Source of the DNA: Cyanophora paradoxa CCMP329
Lineage: Eukaryota; Plantae; Glaucophyta
Assembly (NCBI GenBank): GCA_004431415.1
Contig: QPMI01000141.1
Location: 1 to 64,000 of the forward strand
Length of the DNA stretch: 64,000 bases
Reading direction: 5' to 3'
Each line of letters begins with the position of its first letter. Positions within the stretch are counted from its first letter, which is position 1. Positions 56,501-64,000 of the stretch are shown in pieces. Both the position numbers and the translations under genes were made by a program. Below the pieces are notes generated by a model. It was given only the letters and a program-made list of their open reading frames with translations, made no database searches and was not told the DNA's origin.

Positions 56501-59500
56501 CCCCGCCCCACGCGCAGCTGCTCGCGGTGCACCCGGCCACGAAGGCGATCTACGGGGCCCCAGCGGAGGCAGGCGGTAGCGACGGCGGCGCGGCCGTCGA
56601 CCCTTCCGCAGGCTTCGGCGGCCTGGCGAGCTGCGTGGCCCCGGGCGCCGCCGCCGGCCTCGCCCGCAGGAGCCCCGCCCCGCCGCCCCGCCCCCGCCCC
56701 TGCCGGCGAGGGCGAGCCCGGAGGCCTCGGGGGCCGCGCTGCACGAGATGGAGCACGCCCTGCGCGCCCTCTGCGAACTCCAGATCCTGGTCCGCTCCCC
56801 CGGGGCCAGCGCCCGGGCCGGGGCCGGGCCTGCGCGGCGGCTGACCCGAAAGCGCAGAGGGCGGTGGCGCGCGGGGAGCGCCCCGCGGCGCCGCCTGCCG
56901 CCCTCGCGACGCCCCGTGCCTCGCCCAAGTCCGAGTGGTGCGCCCCGCGCTCAGTTTACGCTCAAGGACGGGCTCCGCTGAAGGCCCGACTCCGCCCGCA
57001 GGGAGTTCGTGCACGCGACGATGCACGAGACGACGTACAGTCTGCTGCCCGTCGCCGAGCGGCGCGGCCTCCACCGCGCCCTCGCCCTCTGGTACGAGCG
57101 CCGCCTCGCCGCCTCCGCCGCCGCTGCTGCGGGGGCCCCTACGCCGGCGAGCCCTCGGGCCGCTCGCGGGGCCGCGCGCCTCGCGCATCTACAGCGAGGC
57201 CCCGGGGCCGGCCCCAGCGAGGCCGCCAGCGCCTCGGGCGCCGCCAGCCGCGCCAGCGGCCCCGGGGCGGGGCGGCCGGGGAGCGGGAGCAGGCGAGGCG
57301 GCGCTTCGCGCACTCGGACCTCGCCCTCGTCGCCCACCACTTCCTCAACGCGGGAGAGCCGACCAGGCTGGGCCCTACCTCGAGCAGGCGCCCGCCCCCG
57401 CCCCGCCCCCGCCCGACCTCGAGACCCGGCCTGACCGGCAGCGTGCACGGGCAGTGCGCGCGGGCGGCGCTGGAGGGGTACGCGAACGTGGAGGCGTCGC
57501 GCCTCTACGAGGACCTCCTGCGCGTGCGGCCGCAGGCGCCGCCCTCCAGCGCGCCGCCTGGCTCCGCGCCCGCGCCCACGCCCTCCGCCGCTCCGGGTCC
57601 GCCCGGGCGCCCCGCCCGGTGCGGCCCAATTCGGGCCTGAGATCGAATATTTTCGCCGCAGGCTGTTCGCGGAGGCGGTGCAGTGCGCGCGGGAGGGCCT
57701 CGCCCTCCTCGGCCACCCCCTCCCCTCGTGCCTCCCCCCGCCCCGCCGCTCTCGCCCCTCCTAACGCTCGACCTGCAGCGGGGACGGGGCGCTGGCGGTG
57801 CGGTACGCGCTGCTCGAGTTGCGCCTCCGCTTCGCGCGGGCGCCCGACGCCGCCTCCCTGGCCCCGCCCGCCCCGCCCGAGGCCGGCTGCGCCTGCGCCT
57901 GCGGCTGCGGCTGCCGCCCGCGGCGGACGGCCCTGGACCTCCTCTGCTGCCGGCGGCCCTGCGCGTGCTCCGCCGCCACCGCCGGCGAGGGCGGCGGCGA
58001 CGGGCGCTGCGCCTGCGCGGTGCGTCGTCTCTTGGGACGAGCACTCGGGGACTGAGGCGCAGACCGGCTCGCAGGGCGAGGCGGCGCGGGAGGCGTGCCG
58101 GCTCTACTGGCGGCGGTGGGGCGGCCTGGGCGACGCGCCGGCACCGCCTCTTCTTCCACGCCGCCGCCGCCATGCTCGACCTCGCCCTCGGCCTGGGCGA
58201 GGCCGGGCCCGAGGCCGCCGCCGCCGCCGCCGCGTGGGCCACGGCGTGCGGGCTGCGGGGCCGGCGGGAGGGGCGCGGGAGTGGGCGCGGCTGGCGTGGG
58301 GCGTGGCGCTGCGGCTGGAGAGCGCGGAGGTCTGGTCGGGCGTGCTCGCCCTCCTCCGGCCGCCGCCCTCGCCGTCGAGGACCTCGCCACCGCCCGCGGC
58401 ATGCTCCAGGCGCGCCGCCCCGCCCCGGCCCGCCCCGGAATCCTCCTTCGCCCTTCTGAGGCGCCGCAGAGCGCCGCGCAGCTCTTCCCGCGGACGTCGT
58501 CGCTGCGGGACTCGCTCCGCGCCTCCCTCACACTCGCCTTTCTCGTGCGGCCCGGCCCGGCCCCGCCCCCCGCCCCGCCCGCCCCCGCCCCTCACGGGGG
58601 CGCGGGCAGCTCACGCGGGCGCCGCGGGTCTCCGCCGACGAGCTGCGCGCCTGCGCCGAGGCCCTCCGCGTCCGTACCCCCCTCCCCCCTCCCGGCCCCC
58701 GCCGCCTCTTCGGCCGACCGGCTGGCGCCCCCGCAGCGCGCCCTGGACAAGAGCGCGCGGTACCCCGACCTCATCGGTGCGCACTCGCCCCCCTTCCCCT
58801 CCTGTGCCCTCTCCTGAGCGCGGGTGCAGAGGAGACGGAGCGGGTGGCGGCGCAGGCGGCGTGGGCGCGCGCCATGCTCGCCCTCGACCGCGCTCCCAAC
58901 GCCCTCGACGGTCCGCCCCGCGCCACGCCCGTCCTCCCCCGACTCTCGTCTGAGTCGCCCGGCCCGGCGGGCAGCGCTGGAGTCGTTCGACCAGCAGAGC
59001 CCGGCGCGGAGGGCGGCCCCCGCTGACCGCGCCGCCTTCCTGGCCGCCCACGCCACCGCCCTCCTCGCCGTCGCCGGCCCCAGGCCCGCCCCGCCCGCCC
59101 GTCCCGCCGGCCCGGGCTTCGCGGGGCTGAGGGCGGGCGGGGGCCAGGGGCGGGCGTGGGACGAGCGGCCGGTGGCGGGGCTGGCGGTGGAGTGCGTGGA
59201 GGCGGCGCTGGAGGCCGACGCCGGCGGCGGCGCCCGCTACTTCCCGCCGCCGAGCCCTCGCCGCCGCCGCCCTCGTCCTCCACGCCGCCTGCCTCTCGTG
59301 CGCTCCCCCCCCTCGCTCTCTCCTTTGCGCCGCCTCTGACCCGGGGCGCGCGCGCAGGCTGCTGCCGGGCGAGCGGGCGCAGCGGCGGGCGGGCAGCCGC
59401 TGCTGGACGCCCTCCCGCCCCGGGCCGCCCCGCCCGCCTCCACGCCCTCGGTCCGGCGCCGGCCTCGCCTGGGCCCGCCTCCCCGCCCCGGGCCTCCGCC

Positions 59501-60389
59501 TGCGGCTGCGGCGCCCGTCGAGCGGGGACGGGGCGGCCGCCGCCCTGGCCGACCCCGCCTTCCTCCTCGCCGCCCTCGAGCGCGCCGCCGGCCGCCTCGC
59601 GCGCCTCCACGCGTACCCCTCGTCCGCCCCTCGCCCCCCTCGCCCGCGGCCTCGCCCACGCCGCCCGCGGCTCCTCCGCCGCGCCCGCGCCTGCTTCGCC
59701 GCCGCCGCCAGCTCGGCCGCCGCGCCCGGCGAAGGCGGCTCCCTGCGAGGCCTCTCGCCCTCGCGCAACCGGGGCGGGGACCCGCTGGGGGCGCTGGAGG
59801 GGCCGGGGGGCCGCGGGGCGGGGGGGCGGGCAAGCCGCGGGACGAGGGCCTCGCCCTCCTCTTCTCCGCCCTCCACGCCCCGCGCCGCCCCGCCGCCGCC
59901 GCCGCGCGGTACGCGGCGGGGCGGTGGGCCCGAGCCCGACCCGCTCGCCGCCCGCGCGTCGACCCCGCCGCCCCCGCCCCGCTCCGCCGCGAGGCCGCCG
60001 AGGTCGGCCCCCGCGGCCCCGCCGGCGGCGCCGGGGCGGGCGAGCCGGGGACGGAGGCGGGGCGGCTCCTGGCGCGCGCCGAGCGCTGCTTCCACGCGTG
60101 CAGGTGCGCCCCGCGCGTCGCCTCGGGCGCTCGCGCGCTCACGCCGGCGGCGCGGGGCAGCGACCTGTACCTGGCCCGGCTGGCCCGCCGCCTCGCCGAC
60201 GACCTGGAGGGGCGGGCCCCCTCGCCGGGCCCCCCGGAGGCCGAGACCGAGAAGGCGGGCGGGGGCGGGGGCCCCAAGGAGGAGGCCCCCCGGGCCGCCC
60301 CCGAGCAGCCGGACGGGCGCTCCCCCGCCCCCGCCGCCGCGGTCCGCTTCTGCGTCACCCGCGCCGAGTCCCTCGTGCAGGAGGCCTAG
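50569..60389 (+). CDS. ADCY10/sAC-like adenylate cyclase: two class III cyclase domains, P-loop NTPase and helical repeats, many exons
   Basis: CLLDISG, HGGEIVSFLGD, SEFRAASVMF, DDKG...FGL..SHEDD, GSPTRCEYSVFG..VNKAARLM, LVGR..EL, LEGESGMGKS; start tentative. Confidence 0.88.
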
Positions 60390-61106
60390 GGGGGCCCGCG
60401 CGGCCCGTCACCCGTCCCCTCCGCCCCCGGCGGCCCCTTCGCGGCACCCCCGCCGAAGGCTTTCAAAAGTTTCCACGGATAACTATTACCTTGGCTTTGC
60501 AATCAACTGTATGCGCATTTTCCTTTAACTATGAACTTTTTTTGAAGATACAGAGCACTCTTTCATGTGCTTTTCGCTTCAGCAGACGTTTACTCGATGT
60601 CTAGATCTACGATGTACTTAGTCAGTAGTTACAATTTGCAGCAAATTGCAGGTACGAACGCCGAGCTGAAAACCAGGATACGTATACGCATTAGTCCTCG
60701 GCCTGCAGATGATGTAGCTAGTACGCGATTCTCCGAGGCTCTGATCTGTACAGCTAGTACGTAATTGAAAAGCATGTGCATGTACAGCAAAGAGAGGAAA
60801 TGCGCATGCAGAGCCTCGGAGATGCCGCAGTGCCATGATGCGCAGTTTCAGCGCTAGCGCTAGCTAGCGCTCGCGATCGCCGTGGCGCGCTCGACGTCGA
60901 CCTCCGGATCGATATCCGACCATGCATGCGAGCCCGCGAGCCCGCGAGCCCGCGCCCGCGCGCGGCCATGCATGCGCAGCCGCCGCCGTACCGTTAAGCT
61001 GTGTCGGCTCGGGGGTACTGCGGCCCTGGTCGCAGCACGTACCCGGCAAGCCAAGCAAGGCCAAGCAGGCCGCGAAGACCGTAGCGAGTCTGAGCGTGCG
61101 GCGGAC

Positions 61107-63689
61107 ATGGTGCGCGGGGATTCAAATTCTGGAGGTGGCTCTAAGGTTAGTCCCCCGCTCCCGCCGGTTAGTCAGGCCATGGTTCAGTTGAAGCGCTCCT
61201 GTCACGGAGGCGGCGCTCGCAAGCTGGTGCAATAGCTCATATTGTGCCATAGATCTATTATCGAGCGCTTAAGAGCCCCGCGTCGCGACGCGAACGCGCA
61301 CGCGGCCGAGTCGCTCTTGGCGGAGACGTAGACCGCTGAGCAATCGCCTTCCCACGTGCTGTACACGTTTCTGACTCGCCCTGTCTTTTCCCGCAGTCCG
61401 CGAAGAAGCCCAAGGACGTGAGCACGCTTGCGCTTTTCGATTCCCTCCGAGCTCACACCGCTCACATCCTCTTGAACGAGCCAGAAGGAGAATGCCGGTG
61501 CCGAGAACGGGAAGTTGACCAAAAGCGGCAAGCCTAAGAAGGAGAAGGACCCGAACGCCCCAAAGCGCCCGACCTCGGCGTACCTGTTCTTTTCTAGCGG
61601 TGAGCGGGAGCTGACGCTCGGCGCGCTTGCCTTCACCTGCGTGCCTCGCTCGCCTCTAACGCAGCACAGACCCAGAGGTCCGCGAGAAGATGAAGCGCGA
61701 GAATCCCGGGATCAACAAAAACGACTTCACGAAGCTGCTCGTGCGCTCGCCGTCTTACCTCGCGTCGGAGGCGGCCGGCTGACCCGCAAGCAGGCCGACA
61801 AGTGGAAGAGCCTCGACTCCGAGGAGAAGCGCGTGCGCATCCCCTCCGCCCGCCCCTCGCCCCCGCCGCCCGCCGACGCCGCGCGCCCCAGCCGTACGAG
61901 GATAAGGCGGCGGTGGAGAAGGAGCGGTACCAGCGGGAGATGGCGAGCTACAGCCCCCCCGAGGGCTTCGCTGCAGTACGTGCCGTCCCGAAGGCGGCCG
62001 CCCGCCCGAGGGCCCACGCTGACGCCGCGCAGGCGAAGCGCAAGAAGGACCCGAACGCGCCGCAAGCCGCCCGCACCGCGTTCATGCTCTTCCAGCACGG
62101 TGCGCTGCGCTCTCCGAGCCAGCAGCGACCGCCCCGCCCTCGGCCGAGGCGAGCGACGGGCGGCAGAGTACCGTGCGCGGCTGCACGAGGAGGAGCCGGG
62201 TGTGCCGTTCGGCGAGCAGGGGAAGCGGACGGGGGCGGCCTGGAAGGCGCTGAACGCGGAGGAGAAGGCGGAGTGGGAGGCTCGGGCGCAGCAGGACAAG
62301 CAGCGCTTCGATCAGGAGTGGGCCGAGTACAAGGAGCAGCATCCCGAGGCGGCGGAGGCCGCCGAGGCGCTCAAGGCTAGCGCCAAGCGGGTGCGCCGGC
62401 CCCGCCCCGCGCGCCGCCGGCGCCTCCGAGCGTGCGCGCAGGCGCGGTCGGCGGGGAAGCTGAAGAAGGGCGCTGCGGCGGCGGCGGCGAAGGCGGCTGC
62501 GGCGGACGACGAGCGGGACGAGCTGGAGGACGACGAGGAGGAGGGGCCGGCCGCCGGGCGCCCGGCGGCGGGGGCGGCGGAGGGCGAGGAGGGGGAGGGG
62601 GAGGCGGTGTGGGAGGACGAGGAGGCGGCCGGCGGCTTCATGAACCCAGAGGCCGACGCGGGCGAGGAGGAGGACGAGGAGGAGCAGGAGGAGGCGCGCG
62701 CCGCTTCGCCCCGCCCCTTGCGCCTCGCCCCGCGCCTGCCCAGCGCTGAGCGCCCCGCCGCAGGCCGCCCCGCCGGCGAAGCCCGCAGGCCGCCTGGTCA
62801 CGCCGGCGATGCGCAGCAAGCAGCAGCAGCAGCAGCGGGTGCGCCCGCCCGTTGGGCGCCCCTGCGCTGGGCCGTGGCCGACCGAAGCGCGCAGGACTCA
62901 GGGGAGAGCCGGCAGTCGACCGCGAAGAGCGCCGTCGTGTCCCTCGTGCGCCCCGCCGCGCCGCCCGCGGGCGGGGTCCGGGCGACGTCGACGTCGACGC
63001 GCGCCGCAGGAGAGCGACGAGGAGGGCGCGGGCGAGGGTGAGGAGGAGGAGGAGGACGGGGAGGGGGAAGAGCGGCGGCGGGCGGCGCAGCGGGAGGAAG
63101 AGGAGCGGAAGCAGAAGGCGGCGCAGGAGCGGCGGCGGCAGGAGGAGGCGGAGCGCCAGCGCCGCGAGAAGGAGAAGGAGAAGGAGGAGCAGGACAGGAA
63201 GCGCAAGGCAGCCGCCGCGCAGAAGCAGGCCGCCGAGCCGCCCCGCAGGGAGGCCGGGCAGGCCGCCCCCGGCCCCGCCCCCGCCCCCTCCTCCTCCACC
63301 GCCAAGAAGCCCCGTCCCAAGTGCCTCCGCCCCCGTACCCCTCCCCGCCCCGCCTGACCCGCGCTCGCAGCCCGCCGGCCGCGCCGCCGCGGGCTGCGCC
63401 GGCGGCGGCCGCGGCGAGCGCGCTGGTGCCCGAGAGCGGGCATCGAATGAACATTCGCGTCACACCCGACACGAAGGTCAGTACCCTTCCATCCCACTAC
63501 CACCGCCCCGCCGCTCTCTTGTTGACACTTCGCACCCCCGGGGCCCAGCTCTGGGTCAGGGGGGACATGCGTCTGGCCCCGGAGGCGCCCGAGGGGCCCG
63601 GCTGGAAGGCGTTCATCATCCCCTGGGGCCCGCGGGGGGAAATCCAGCAGCGGGCCGACGCCTGGGAGGCCATCATCCCCCCCTCCTAG
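61107..63689 (+). CDS. Protein with two HMG boxes and acidic/charged tail, multi-exon
   Basis: KDPNAPKRPTSAYLFFS...KWKSL.SEEK.PYE.KA..EKERY and KDPNAP.AARTAFMLF...GAAWKAL.AEEK. Confidence 0.88.
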
Positions 63690-64000
63690 CCGCCCGCCGC
63701 CCCGCCCGTGTGCATGCGGCCCGGCCCGCCTCCCGAAATTTGACACCGGAACCAATGAGCGCGGAGGCTGGTTTGATCGGTGGCCCGATGAGACGATGAC
63801 TCTATATATAGCTGGACCGTCTGCCCGTACTCTCCCGCCCCGCCCCTTCGCGCGACAGAGGCCATGACGGGGTGCCAGGCTGCCAGCTCTAAACCCAACG
63901 CCTTTCACGTGCACCGCGCTGCCCAAAAGGCTCACGCCGCGGCCGTGGCACCGTCCACCCTTCTCTCCCCTGCTCACTCTAGATCTTGGTTCACTGCTCA

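Noticed and set aside
61110-61396. snoRNA in the long first intron of the HMG-box gene
   Set aside because: Hairpins are possible but no properly placed H/ACA or C/D boxes were found
14443-63977. Hundreds of long Arg/Pro/Gly/Ala-rich ORFs in the track
   Set aside because: Stop-codon scarcity in very GC-rich DNA; they are antisense or intron-spanning frames of the spliced genes listed

Overview
GC-rich, intron-rich eukaryotic genomic DNA, probably from a photosynthetic protist (inferred from a CtpA gene with a Phe-containing N-terminal extension, short GC-rich introns and many GC-AG donors; the species cannot be fixed from sequence alone). The first 14.4 kb is a nested mobile locus. (1) 1-5349 is a complete LTR element: TG...CA LTRs at 1-277 and 5070-5349, a tRNA-like PBS, a PPT, a frameshifted gag-like gene with a CCHC knuckle, no recognisable pol, and several internal repeat arrays including three extra copies of the PPT. 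(2) It interrupts the putative minor-capsid (penton) gene of an AT-richer endogenous Polinton/Maverick-like virus (5350-~14423), which encodes a double-jelly-roll-type major capsid protein, A32-like packaging ATPase, rve integrase bracketed by a perfect 21-bp inverted repeat, small AP2 and AT-hook proteins and a ~1,350-aa protein-primed PolB, followed by a repeat-rich terminus. From ~14.4 kb on are tightly packed spliced host genes: F-type lectin, TLDc protein, MPP-beta (with two candidate intronic H/ACA snoRNAs), spherulin-4-like, COX17, EF-hand protein, BPI/TULIP-like, dyskerin, Arc1/AIMP1-like, a pair of small Gly/Ser-rich paralogs, Kelch protein, MBIP-like, Pol I A49-like, F-box, CtpA, ADCY10-like cyclase and an HMG-box protein. 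Most long Arg/Pro/Gly/Ala-rich ORFs in the track are GC-content artefacts. Host gene coordinates are spans of hand-spliced models.
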